From contig CALCZU010000132.1 in assembly GCA_937903155.1 (NCBI GenBank), forward strand, positions 18,043 through 82,042: a stretch of 64,000 nucleotides of DNA. Direction: 5' to 3'. Source of the stretch: an uncultured Bdellovibrionales bacterium (GTDB lineage Bacteria > Bdellovibrionota > FAC87 > UBA2466). Under the pieces are notes generated by a model that was not told the origin of the DNA, ran no database searches, and saw only the letters and a list, made by a program, of their open reading frames with translations. The position numbers and the translations under genes are program-made. Each line of letters begins with the position of its first letter. The first letter of the stretch is position 1. This document shows positions 28,161 through 37,714 of this stretch, one piece after another.

Positions 28161-29255
28161 ATGCCTATCAGAGCATTTCTCTTCCTCGCCCTTACCTTTT
28201 CCATTTCACTACAGGCGACCCCCTGGGGTTATTGCAAAAGAGTTTTTCATACGATGACTCGGGGGCGGTTCCAAACGAAGATAGGTTTTTCAGAAAGATC
28301 TGAACGGTGGCTTGGGTCGGGGACCCATCCGTTAGACGTAGTCTTCTATCGCGCTTATGACGGCTATCGGGAAGTCTTTGAAGACGTTTATAAAAATGAG
28401 GTAGATGCCCTCACAAAAGACGACCTCTATATCGATGTGGGATGCGGATTGGGACTCGCCCCCCTCGAAGTGGCAAAGAAAAACGTGAATACCGTCGGGA
28501 TCACTCATATCGATTATTGGAAAGAAGTGGAAAAGCTTAAAAAACTTGGGCCCGCGGATCTGGATTTTCAAATGACTGATGGAGACACAAGAAAAACTCT
28601 CGTTACTCGTATCGGCGACGTCTCTCTGCATTCGATCTACTCGCTTAATAAATTAGTAAAGGGTCCTCTCGAGGCGAATTATTATGTAAACGGCACTCAG
28701 GAAATTGTAGCGCCGAAATCAGGAGGAGTTTACAGCCCCGGTGCCACCGCAAAAGCCATCCATACCTTAGCAGACAAGGTGGCCGAACTGAAACGGAATG
28801 CCCCTGCAGAGTTTAGGTTGACTGTGGGTGACACTCGCACTGAGCTCGCAAAGCACGCCGGAAAAGCGAAGTTAATTTCTGACCTTTATGGTGATTACCA
28901 ATACGACTTCGATCCGGCATCTTTAATCTCCGCCTATGGCAGTGCACTTGCACCCAATGGAAAAGCACTCGTGTTAGCGCAGGCGCGAACCGCTTGGGAG
29001 GGTTTAAAAGGCGGACCTTCGGTCAAAACAAAGACGGGAGACCAAATCTCCCTACATGAATATCTCGCAAGCAAGTACCCGCAAAATTTTTCAACAGAAA
29101 CAATCGATATCATGGGTGGGTTTAAAACCATCCTCACCCTTAAAAAAGGCGCGGACGGAAAGTTTCCTGAGTTCAATCTTAAAAAGGTCTCAAGCTCGAA
29201 GCCGAAAGACACCCTCTACGATACTTCCCGCTACATCCTCTACGAAGAAGGCTAA
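28161..29255 (+). CDS. Hypothetical protein with N-terminal leader and class-I SAM-methyltransferase-like glycine motif
   Basis: 364 aa. The leader is MPIRAFLFLALTFSISLQA. LYIDVGCGLGLAPLEVAKK resembles MTase motif I. A TATAAT hexamer lies 8 to 13 bp upstream of the ATG. Confidence 0.35.
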   Translation: MPIRAFLFLALTFSISLQATPWGYCKRVFHTMTRGRFQTKIGFSERSERWLGSGTHPLDVVFYRAYDGYREVFEDVYKNEVDALTKDDLYIDVGCGLGLAPLEVAKKNVNTVGITHIDYWKEVEKLKKLGPADLDFQMTDGDTRKTLVTRIGDVSLHSIYSLNKLVKGPLEANYYVNGTQEIVAPKSGGVYSPGATAKAIHTLADKVAELKRNAPAEFRLTVGDTRTELAKHAGKAKLISDLYGDYQYDFDPASLISAYGSALAPNGKALVLAQARTAWEGLKGGPSVKTKTGDQISLHEYLASKYPQNFSTETIDIMGGFKTILTLKKGADGKFPEFNLKKVSSSKPKDTLYDTSRYILYEEG

Positions 29256-29269
29256 AAGATCCGGCCTCC

Positions 29270-32200
29270 CTATTTTTTAAACGGAGCTAAGAGAGGTTCG
29301 TAGTCATTGGATTCGCTGAAACGGGTGTCTGGGAGTGCGATTCCTTTTAGGTTTGCGTAGAGTTCGATGACTCGGACGATTTGATTTGCGCTGTGGGGTG
29401 ACTTTGCATCGATTGCGTTTGTGAGAAGTTCTTTAGAGGGAGGAGCGTTGCCGAAAATGAGTTGCATTCGTTCATCCCACTTTGTTTGTTGTTCTGGAGA
29501 AAGGGCGGCTCTCATTCCTGAGGTCACGAGTGCAAAATCATCCTGGGCTTTGAATACGGTTTTGATTTCTTGAAGAAGATTCCTGTATCTTCCGTAAGTT
29601 TCTGGCGTAATCCAATTCTTTCGGAGAAACGCTTTATAAAGGATATCGGCTCTCTTTTCTCCGAGTTTTTTCCCACCGACACCGAGATCAAAACCTTTGA
29701 GCTGAGCGTAGTAGTCGAGCATTTCTATGATCTGAATCGAGGTCGGTTGGTCGGCGACAGAATTTGATTTAAAAATGTCTTTTATCTTGAGATCCCACTG
29801 GTCGCCGACAGAATCATCGAGCGAGTTCCTTAGTTCCGCTAAATAGTTTGAAAAATCATCTGATTTGAAAGTTTTTTGTAACCGCTCTAAAAATGGAATG
29901 TATTCAGGGAATAGATTTCGCTTGATAGGAGACGCTGCCTTCCTCGGAGCTTCTACTACGGGCACCGCAGGGAGGTCTGGTTCTAAATCTGGTTTGAAGG
30001 ACTTTAGGAAAGTCGTAAATTTTTTAGCATCTTTAAAATCCTCTTTCGAAAGCGGGGAACCTCTCAATTGGGAATAAAATTCCATTAGAGTTAGAATGCG
30101 ATTCGCATGATTTGCATTCTGATGAAAAAGAGTCGTTGTGAGTAAAGCGGGTGGCGGCCCGCTGGCAAAAATACGATCAATCTCTTGATCGAGTTTAACG
30201 AGATCTTCTTTTTGAAGATAACTTTTCATGCCTGCAATCACCTTGCTAAACTGATTACTCGCAGTGAAAGTTTTTTGTAGAGTCTCTAAAAAAGGACGGT
30301 ATTCGTGGAAGTTTTCGCTGGTAACGACTTGTTCTACGATCCCAAAAGAGTGAAAAAGCTTGAGGAATGTTTTTGGTTTTTCCAGATCTCCCGCAGTAAC
30401 GGAAAGGCCTTTTAATTTTGCATAAAGAAGGGCCAGCTTTACAAGTTTATTAGCCTTCGGAGTCGACCGATCTCTAACCATTCCTGTGAAGAAACTCTTC
30501 GAGGGTTTCTTTTTTTCAAAAATCTCAAGGACGCCCTCATCCCATTCCTCGTGCGTTGAAAGATCCAGATCCTTTTTAAAGGCCGTAGTTACCTTTAAAA
30601 AATTGTCACCTGGTTCAAACGTTTCTCCTAATTGTTCTAGAAATGGAATATACGCGGAAAAATTTTCAGAATGGACGGGCGTTGAGTCAGCAACTCCATA
30701 CTGATCCAAGAATTCATCCAGCTTATTCGGTTTTCTGAGCTCAGATGGGCTCAGTCGAAGTCCCTTCAATCGTGCGACTTCTGCAAGAAATCTTAAGACT
30801 TTATCGGCATTCGCGTCGGATTTGCTATAGATCGTGGTATTTAGAATAAAATTCGAAGGACCCGAAGGGCCAAAAATTTCTTTTGTTTTTAAATAATAAA
30901 CTATTTGCTCGGAAGGAGAAAGCTGGTCTCTGAAATGGGAAATCACTTTCGAGAAGTCGACTTGCGCTTTCAGATTATCCGATAGTTTTTTGATCAAAGG
31001 CAAAAAGGTATCAAAATTGGATTTTGTGACAATCGCTTCTTTCGACCCCAAAGTTTTTAGGAATTTATTGTACTCTTTTGTTTGATGTAGATTGTCCGGC
31101 GAGACTTTGACCCCGGCAAGCTTTCCGTAAAGCTCGAGGACTTTCAATATCCTGTCTGCATGGTTCAATGACTTCCTCTGGAGTAGAGTCGTGAAAAGGA
31201 CAGGTAGTGGGCCGTTTTCGCCGAAAATTTCTTTAATTCCCTTCTCCCAGTTTTCATGTAGTCCGGGACCAATGTTTTTTTTGAGGGCCTCGAGAAATCT
31301 ACTAAAATCTACGGATGCTTTAAACAGAGTCTGAAGTTTTTTGAAAAACTTTAGATAACCTTCAATATTATCCGGATTCGCATATCCGCCTTCTTTCGAA
31401 GGCGCGTTCCAAAAATCGATCCGCCCTGCCTCACGAATCAATGCGATATAGTCTTCTAGAGCAATCACAGGATGATGATCTTCTTTTTTCCGTTTAGACT
31501 TCCCTGCAGTGCCTTTTCGTTCGATATCGTCCATACGCTTTGCAAGCGCTTCGTGATCCAGAGATTGAGCTAAGTAAATTTCCACATCTCGCTTGCCAGG
31601 CGCGGTTCTGACTACGCGCCCAAATCTCTGAGTGAGCGAGAAAGGATTGGGATCGTCCCGCAGATCGACGAGACACGAGGCTATCGGAAGATCGACGGCT
31701 TCATTCAGTCTATCGACAGAAACTAAAACATGAATTTCACCTTTATTATACCGTTCTAAAATCTCTGTGACTGGAGTGACAACGAGTTGCCCGTCTTTGT
31801 TTTCGACATAGCCTTCATAATCCGAAGTGTAGACAGCGACTTTTCTACCGTGGGGAGTGAGTTGTCTTGAGAGATATTCGGTCAACCTCAGCGCTTCTTT
31901 TTGGGAGTTGACTGAAAACAGACTTGGACGGCTCAAAAGAGAATCGCGAGTTTGCTCGAATAAAGAAGCATAGTGCTGGTCGAGAAGCTCTGCTCTTTGT
32001 CCGCGGTCGACTGGAGTATAAATCGGATCTCCTTCTTTCAGTGCGAAAACCAAAGGTCGCACTTTCTCAAAGCCTACTAAGTCGCCATTTGCAAAGGCCG
32101 CCTCAAGTTGCTTCATCACGTCGCCCGGAGAGCGATCCGCAGCTCCCCGCTTCTCTAACCATGCTTCAGGCGTATCGAGGTAAGTGTAAAACCCTCGGCC

Positions 32201-33346
32201 TCCCGCCATTCTTTGAACACGGCTATCCGGGGTGGCCGTGATCAAAAGGGCCGAAGCTTCGGGATTCTCTTTTAAAGTTTCATCAAAAATTTTTCCGATT
32301 TGTAATGCGCCTGCATGGTGAGCTTCATCGTAGATCCAGTATTTTAAAATGGATCTTAAGTGTTGGACATTTTTGGGATCTGGCAAAAATTCAGGTTCTT
32401 CATTTTCGTTCGTAACCTTTTCTCCTTTAATTCGCGAACGTAATGAGGATGCAGTGGTGACAAGAATCACGGGCTCGTTCCCGCTCTCAACAAGTGCTTC
32501 AAGCTCTTCAAAAGTCTTTGCATCGGCGTTGCGTTTTCCACCGTCTCCCCATTCAACCAGCTTGATTCCGATAGGAGGTTCTCCCTCAATTCCACTTTGA
32601 ATTTTTTTTACCTCTTTTGTCAGTTGGGAGACGGTATTTGTTTGATCGCTTAGGACGATATATAAACCCTTCCCTTTTGTCTTAAGACGGTCTCGTAAAA
32701 GGGCACGAACGATTTCGGATTTTCCCGTGCCCGTTGGGGATACCGCGAGAAAAACCTGGTCCTCTGCATTTTTATCTTTATCAAATTTTTTAAGAAGCGT
32801 TTGTCCGAGGTCAATCACTTCATTTTGAATCTCGCGGTGAACGAGTGCAGGTTCCCCCAAAGCTTTTCGCTCTGCCTGATGAGGTCCATTGGGATCCACG
32901 AGAAAAGGATAGAGTGGATGACCTAAAAATGTATTTCGAATCAGCCCCGTTCGATTAGGGAATTTACTCCAATCAAACTCGTGAGGAATTTCTAACGTTC
33001 TAAGTTTCGCATCGATGTTGACCATGCGAGGAGTAGTAACTCCCTCTACAAATCGAATCTCAACCGCAAATCCCTCTGGCGAAGTACTTCTCAAATGCCC
33101 TTCAGAAGTTCGCTCCCACCTCGGAGTTTTTTTCGATCCCACAATGGCTCTTCCACCTAATTCCGGAAGCAGGTTTTCAAGAAACCGAACTTCATCGGCA
33201 CTCATCGCCAGCCGCTTTTTTTGAAGCGCAAACTCCGCAAAAACTTTCGCACAAGGGGTAGAAAAAAGCGGCTGGCGCGCGTTGCCCACAGAACAGGCAA
33301 AAAGAAGCCCTAAAATGAAAACAAAATTTAAAATGGGGTGAGACAC
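29270..33346 (-). CDS. Large SF2 helicase (ResIII/DEAH-like core) with signal-peptide-like leader and ~6 C-terminal ~125-aa tandem repeats
   Basis: 1358 aa with GTG start at 33346. Walker A is AVSPTGTGKSEIV and the DEAH box is IYDEAHHAG. Motif III ITATP and motif VI QRFGRVVR are also present. The C-terminal half has repeated units matching [FY]IPFLE-x-L-x-TF...FSKV...W...IFG...ANxxL...LYAKLKG. An alternative start is at MSADEVRF, about 46 codons in. Confidence 0.7.
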   Translation of the reverse strand: MSHPILNFVFILGLLFACSVGNARQPLFSTPCAKVFAEFALQKKRLAMSADEVRFLENLLPELGGRAIVGSKKTPRWERTSEGHLRSTSPEGFAVEIRFVEGVTTPRMVNIDAKLRTLEIPHEFDWSKFPNRTGLIRNTFLGHPLYPFLVDPNGPHQAERKALGEPALVHREIQNEVIDLGQTLLKKFDKDKNAEDQVFLAVSPTGTGKSEIVRALLRDRLKTKGKGLYIVLSDQTNTVSQLTKEVKKIQSGIEGEPPIGIKLVEWGDGGKRNADAKTFEELEALVESGNEPVILVTTASSLRSRIKGEKVTNENEEPEFLPDPKNVQHLRSILKYWIYDEAHHAGALQIGKIFDETLKENPEASALLITATPDSRVQRMAGGRGFYTYLDTPEAWLEKRGAADRSPGDVMKQLEAAFANGDLVGFEKVRPLVFALKEGDPIYTPVDRGQRAELLDQHYASLFEQTRDSLLSRPSLFSVNSQKEALRLTEYLSRQLTPHGRKVAVYTSDYEGYVENKDGQLVVTPVTEILERYNKGEIHVLVSVDRLNEAVDLPIASCLVDLRDDPNPFSLTQRFGRVVRTAPGKRDVEIYLAQSLDHEALAKRMDDIERKGTAGKSKRKKEDHHPVIALEDYIALIREAGRIDFWNAPSKEGGYANPDNIEGYLKFFKKLQTLFKASVDFSRFLEALKKNIGPGLHENWEKGIKEIFGENGPLPVLFTTLLQRKSLNHADRILKVLELYGKLAGVKVSPDNLHQTKEYNKFLKTLGSKEAIVTKSNFDTFLPLIKKLSDNLKAQVDFSKVISHFRDQLSPSEQIVYYLKTKEIFGPSGPSNFILNTTIYSKSDANADKVLRFLAEVARLKGLRLSPSELRKPNKLDEFLDQYGVADSTPVHSENFSAYIPFLEQLGETFEPGDNFLKVTTAFKKDLDLSTHEEWDEGVLEIFEKKKPSKSFFTGMVRDRSTPKANKLVKLALLYAKLKGLSVTAGDLEKPKTFLKLFHSFGIVEQVVTSENFHEYRPFLETLQKTFTASNQFSKVIAGMKSYLQKEDLVKLDQEIDRIFASGPPPALLTTTLFHQNANHANRILTLMEFYSQLRGSPLSKEDFKDAKKFTTFLKSFKPDLEPDLPAVPVVEAPRKAASPIKRNLFPEYIPFLERLQKTFKSDDFSNYLAELRNSLDDSVGDQWDLKIKDIFKSNSVADQPTSIQIIEMLDYYAQLKGFDLGVGGKKLGEKRADILYKAFLRKNWITPETYGRYRNLLQEIKTVFKAQDDFALVTSGMRAALSPEQQTKWDERMQLIFGNAPPSKELLTNAIDAKSPHSANQIVRVIELYANLKGIALPDTRFSESNDYEPLLAPFKK

Positions 33347-33511
33347 TCTTAATTTTTCGGTAAAGATTTCGAGCTACTTAACACGAAACCACCCCAAACA
33401 TGCAGAATTTTCTCGCCTTGCATCAAGACAAGCTTTTAAAGGACAACACACACTTCCCACCGGACAGAAACTGAATCGTGTAACTCTTTGTTATCTTTCG
33501 ACTCTAGTCTC

Positions 33512-33937
33512 TTACGGTTGGAATGCGTTTTTTCTGGCGGGAAGATTTCTGACGTCGGGAAGGTCTTTGGAAAGAGAAATCGCTTTGGCACTTGCCCATT
33601 GCTTAGGGGCAGGAAGGTTTTTCATCCCCGCATCCATACTCGGAGGGGCCGTGCCCATGACTCCTTGAGGAATTTCAAAACCGGGAGCTGTAGGAAAGTG
33701 CATTCCTAAATTCTGATCGGGACCGGCAATATTTCTTCCTGGAAAGGAGTTCGCTTTAACTACGTGAGGATCCATCGGAGGAGGCAACTCTTTACCGACT
33801 TGGGGAAGAGGAATCTGTGGCAAAGCTGGAGACGAACTAATCTCTCGAATGCTTTTCTTAGAGAAGTGTTTTTTTACTTCAAGCCCCGTGACTACGACGA
33901 GCAAAATCACGACGGTGTATTTGATATTCGCGCTCAT
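33512..33937 (-). CDS. Small membrane-anchored proline-rich protein
   Basis: 141 aa with an N-terminal TM (VVILLVVVTGL) and a Pro-rich C-terminal half. It overlaps the upstream pilin-like gene by 1 bp, which suggests co-translation. Confidence 0.3.
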   Translation of the reverse strand: MSANIKYTVVILLVVVTGLEVKKHFSKKSIREISSSPALPQIPLPQVGKELPPPMDPHVVKANSFPGRNIAGPDQNLGMHFPTAPGFEIPQGVMGTAPPSMDAGMKNLPAPKQWASAKAISLSKDLPDVRNLPARKNAFQP

Positions 33938-35157
33938 TAATAGGTCTTCTTGTGAAACGTGATTTTAGCTTTGACGTAAGGATGCACTAAAAGACTGACT
34001 CGATAGGGGTCCGTGTAAGGCACGTTAATTGGCTTCACCGGGTTCGGGCAGTACTGATGGGTGTAATTGAATACATAAGCCCATTGGTAGGGCTGCAAGA
34101 CCGTCATCTGTCGACCATCGCCGAGGGCAAACCAGTTATAATATGGCCACGCAATTTGGCCCGTTAACCCAGTCCAGGTGTTATTGCTCAGAGAAGGTTG
34201 CTCCAAAAACATATCGGCCGTAAACGTCGTCACGTAATCGTAATACGTTTTGTGCTGCATATTAAATGAGATCGTACAGCCCAATTCTCCACCGCAAATA
34301 TCTTTAATGTCGATGTTCTCCACGCAACCCCAAGTACTTAAGTCCGGCGGGATAATGTCGTAGCTGACAGGGTACTCAGAAGTTTCCGAGAAACACCCCG
34401 CGACTTCTCTTGTTTGTGAATCGGCTAAAAGACCGACAAAGAAATCTTTCGAGTAAACTTTTCGATTCATGAGATCGGATTTTGAGGAAGCTTCCAAATG
34501 CACCTTCGCAACGTACTTATCTAAATTTTGATTGTTGCGAGTGTCTTTTCCCGCGTTAGACAAACTATCGATTTGAAGTCGGTTGATTCGAAGCGTTCCA
34601 CTCGCATATTCCCCTAACGCGGCGACGGTCGAAACTCCTGTCGTCACTACGGTTGAAGACGATTGACCACTGACTGCCGTCGGAGAACGGTTATCCATCG
34701 TGCCTGAACCTTGGCTCGCACCGCCTGAACCGTCTGCGGAAGAAGGCACAGAATCCCCACTCCCCACGGTGCTCGAACGATTTTCTACGGAAAGGGTTGT
34801 ATTTTTAAGAGCGTCTGGAATCACTTCCTGAAGCGTTGTCACAGCCATCGCCCCTGGTAACTGAATCGCGCTGATGGCAAGTGGGAGTTTATTCAATTCG
34901 ACTTTTAAAGGGAGGCCATTGTTCGCCATGCGCAATGTCTGACCGCAGGTCGTAGGATTTGATAAAACGAGCTGCATTCCCATCACTAAATTTTGAAAAT
35001 CTGATTTTGAATCAATTGCAGTTTGTGACTTAAACATCGAACCTAAAAGCTGAGAATGATAAACCCCGACCAGTGCAATGAGCGAAGATGCAAGTAACAC
35101 TTCTACTAACGTAAATCCTTTTTGATTTTTGCGAATCTTCATTTTGATTTTACCCAT
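33937..35157 (-). CDS. Prepilin-type N-terminal cleavage/methylation domain protein (large type IV pilin-like / pseudopilin-like)
   Basis: The N-terminus ...KNQKG|FTLVEVLLASSLIALVGV is the class-III leader peptide motif G-F-T-L-[IV]-E. 406 aa is larger than major pilins. The likely true start is MKIRKNQKG at 35142. Confidence 0.6.
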   Translation of the reverse strand: MGKIKMKIRKNQKGFTLVEVLLASSLIALVGVYHSQLLGSMFKSQTAIDSKSDFQNLVMGMQLVLSNPTTCGQTLRMANNGLPLKVELNKLPLAISAIQLPGAMAVTTLQEVIPDALKNTTLSVENRSSTVGSGDSVPSSADGSGGASQGSGTMDNRSPTAVSGQSSSTVVTTGVSTVAALGEYASGTLRINRLQIDSLSNAGKDTRNNQNLDKYVAKVHLEASSKSDLMNRKVYSKDFFVGLLADSQTREVAGCFSETSEYPVSYDIIPPDLSTWGCVENIDIKDICGGELGCTISFNMQHKTYYDYVTTFTADMFLEQPSLSNNTWTGLTGQIAWPYYNWFALGDGRQMTVLQPYQWAYVFNYTHQYCPNPVKPINVPYTDPYRVSLLVHPYVKAKITFHKKTY

Positions 35158-35326
35158 GTATAGTTATCGGCTGATTCTATAGATTAGCTGATATGAAGAA
35201 GGCTTCTCAACTGTAACGTTTTAGTCATTTTTTGTGCCTAGAATTATGTCCGTTCAGACACAATGTAAAAAAGTCCCTATCTCCATTCGAAGATAGGGAC
35301 TTTAAGAGCTATTATACGGATCCGGA

Positions 35327-37444
35327 TTACCAGCGCGGACGGGGAATCGGTGGTGGTTTAGTCGGTACCGACGGCAAAGAAATGGGCGGCTTCGGCAACG
35401 GTGGCAAGATACTGCCTGGATTCGGAATAGGAATCGACGGAACCCAGGAACGAATGCGCGCTTCCAAGTTCGCGGCCTCTCGCGAAAGTTGATTAAAGAG
35501 ATCTGTTAAACGACTCAAATCTTTCGACAGGTTTCCATAATCGGTGACAAAGTTGTTGATCTGAGGCCCCAACAGCAAGAGTCTATTTGCTAGAACGTCG
35601 ATAGAGTTTTTTAGTCGCGCTTCTTCTGCCCCGAGACTTCCAAGCCGCGTGCGAAGGTTTTGCAAAACCTGACTTGCACCATCGAAAGCGACGGCCGCTT
35701 GATTCGACACGACTTCTGCAGCATCGAGCTTTGCCTTCAGCGAGATAAGCGTTTCTGTGAGTCCTTGCGTCTTCGAACGAATACTTGCAAGGGATGTCTT
35801 CGTTGCTGCCTGGAGCAGATCCATCGCACCGATTCGAAATGAAGAACTCTGATTTTTGTACCAATCATTGAGTGCTGTCGCCGCGTCTTCAAGACGTCCC
35901 CAGCTTTGCTGGTGGAGGATATCTACGGTCACATTGACGGCCATGCGATTGAGATCGAACTCAAACTGAGTCACTGTCGCTTTTCCTTCATTTCCTTGCG
36001 CGAGGTACACAAGCCGTTGTTCTAAAACTTGAGCGGCTCTCGTTCCTTTTAAGTCAATGATGGGATTTCCTTCTTGATAACGGCTCATCATCTCACTCGA
36101 GTTGACTCCGATAGAGGTCATCATCTTTGCGGTGTTGAGTTGTCCCGCGATACTGGCCGCGACAACCGCGTAGTCAAACCCGCCGAGAAGTTTTTGCACG
36201 TTTCTCGATGCATTTCCTAGGAGTCTTTGAGAGGCGATTTTAAAAAGTCTCTCGGTTTGACCTTGAACTTCTGCTCTCGAATCGAAATTTTGAATTCGAT
36301 CCCGGAAGCTTGTCGCACGAGTGCTTCCCAATCCACCTTTCAACCCAAAGGCCAAGTGACTCGACGGGAGCGTCGCACTCATACCAGAAGGAATTTTTAA
36401 ATTGGGCAAGAACATCGTAGGAATATTTGTCATCCAACTGCTTTTGGTTTTGTAAATGCAGTCGACGCCTTCTGCTTGAACAGCGAACTGGACTCCGATA
36501 TCTAAAGGACAAGCTTCTCCTAAGATGGAACTTAAGGCACAAGTTGCCGCATTTTCGAGATCCTGCTGTCCACTTTGGAGGATAAAGGCGACGACATCGT
36601 TGAACTCAAGCAGCAGTTGGTCTTGAGCTTCTCGCAAGGATTGCTCAACACTTTTTCCGGCAGTCGCAATTCCTAAAGCAATGTGGTGGGCGCCTGTTTC
36701 AACACTCGCCCAGTCGACAAAGCGTTCCGAAGCGTAATAGCTGTGGGCAGCGCCGGATTGAGCGTAAAATCGATCGCGTGCAGTTCGGTACTTCGTTTCG
36801 TGTTGTAATTGCTGAAAAGCCGCAGAACTAAAAAGAAACTCGACGGGATTCACTCGTGGGATGGCGAGCGTTCCACTCAACCAGCTCTCAATTTTCTTAG
36901 AGTCGAGCGTGATTCCGTTTCCTAAATTCACTTCGCCGAAGAAAGTTCCTGCTTTGAAATTGTAAGAGAGTTTAGCCTCGGTATTTAGCGAATAGGCGAG
37001 AATTTTTTGGTTCAGGTTAAAATCAAGAAGGGCTTGATACTGTTTTCCATACTCCAGAAGTTGATCCGAAAGAGCGGCTCTCTGTGCGATCAGACTGTTG
37101 ACGGCAGCTTTACTGGCATTCAGCCTTTCTTGGAGAGGGGCAGCGGCCGATTGCGCCTGGGCAACTTGCTGGTTTACCGCAACGACAAGACCCTGAACAT
37201 TATTTAAGTTCGCCGTTTCATTTGCGATTTGTTGATTAATCGAATTGAATGCGGCACGGGCATTCGCAAGGTCCCTATCGACCACGCCGATTCGAGCGCT
37301 CACAGCGTCCATCTCTCTTTTGACTCCATCTCTTCGGCCGGCAACATTGCTTAATTGGTTTTTAAGATCGGTGAGCGGATCTGCAGTCAGGGTCAGTGCA
37401 AATAAAAAAAGTCCTAATAGGACCTTCCAGTTTCTACCATTCAT
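35327..37444 (-). CDS. Secreted coiled-coil protein with proline-rich C-terminus
   Basis: About 706 aa from MNGRNWKVLLGLFLFALTLTA, which is a signal peptide. Long heptad-like stretches rich in A/Q/L/N sit in the N-terminal third. The C-terminus is PIPNPGSILPPLPKPPISLPSVPTKPPPIPRPRW. Confidence 0.45.
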   Translation of the reverse strand: MNGRNWKVLLGLFLFALTLTADPLTDLKNQLSNVAGRRDGVKREMDAVSARIGVVDRDLANARAAFNSINQQIANETANLNNVQGLVVAVNQQVAQAQSAAAPLQERLNASKAAVNSLIAQRAALSDQLLEYGKQYQALLDFNLNQKILAYSLNTEAKLSYNFKAGTFFGEVNLGNGITLDSKKIESWLSGTLAIPRVNPVEFLFSSAAFQQLQHETKYRTARDRFYAQSGAAHSYYASERFVDWASVETGAHHIALGIATAGKSVEQSLREAQDQLLLEFNDVVAFILQSGQQDLENAATCALSSILGEACPLDIGVQFAVQAEGVDCIYKTKSSWMTNIPTMFLPNLKIPSGMSATLPSSHLAFGLKGGLGSTRATSFRDRIQNFDSRAEVQGQTERLFKIASQRLLGNASRNVQKLLGGFDYAVVAASIAGQLNTAKMMTSIGVNSSEMMSRYQEGNPIIDLKGTRAAQVLEQRLVYLAQGNEGKATVTQFEFDLNRMAVNVTVDILHQQSWGRLEDAATALNDWYKNQSSSFRIGAMDLLQAATKTSLASIRSKTQGLTETLISLKAKLDAAEVVSNQAAVAFDGASQVLQNLRTRLGSLGAEEARLKNSIDVLANRLLLLGPQINNFVTDYGNLSKDLSRLTDLFNQLSREAANLEARIRSWVPSIPIPNPGSILPPLPKPPISLPSVPTKPPPIPRPRW

Positions 37445-37653
37445 TTCAGCGTACATCCTAGTTCCTCTCTGGTTTTTTGATTTCACAACTTTTACTAAGA
37501 GCAAATCAGATGCCAGCGCCAAAACCTTTTTTTCGTGCGTAAAAGCGATTTGAAAATGCATTTTGCAAAACCCAAAATTAAAAAATTACTTGAGTGGGGA
37601 CAGATTGGCCCTGAGCAGCATTCATTTGTGTAAGAGGGAATTTCGCAATATGC

Positions 37654-37682
37654 TTAACTCTGTTAAATATAAACAGAGTTAA
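37654..37682. promoter_or_regulatory. Perfect 11-bp inverted repeat TTAACTCTGTT-N7-AACAGAGTTAA, candidate MarR operator
   Basis: Located 32 bp upstream of the MarR-family gene start at 37715, in the divergent intergenic region. MarR dimers typically bind such palindromes. Confidence 0.4.
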
Positions 37683-37714
37683 TTATTTTTATTTGAAAAG
37701 CCGATAGGAAAGTT

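Noticed and set aside
28039-37600. Integrated prophage or ICE at tRNA-Val
   Set aside because: No integrase, recombinase, terminase, capsid or conjugation genes are in the window. Only an island-like gene content was seen, and it is kept as a low-interest finding.
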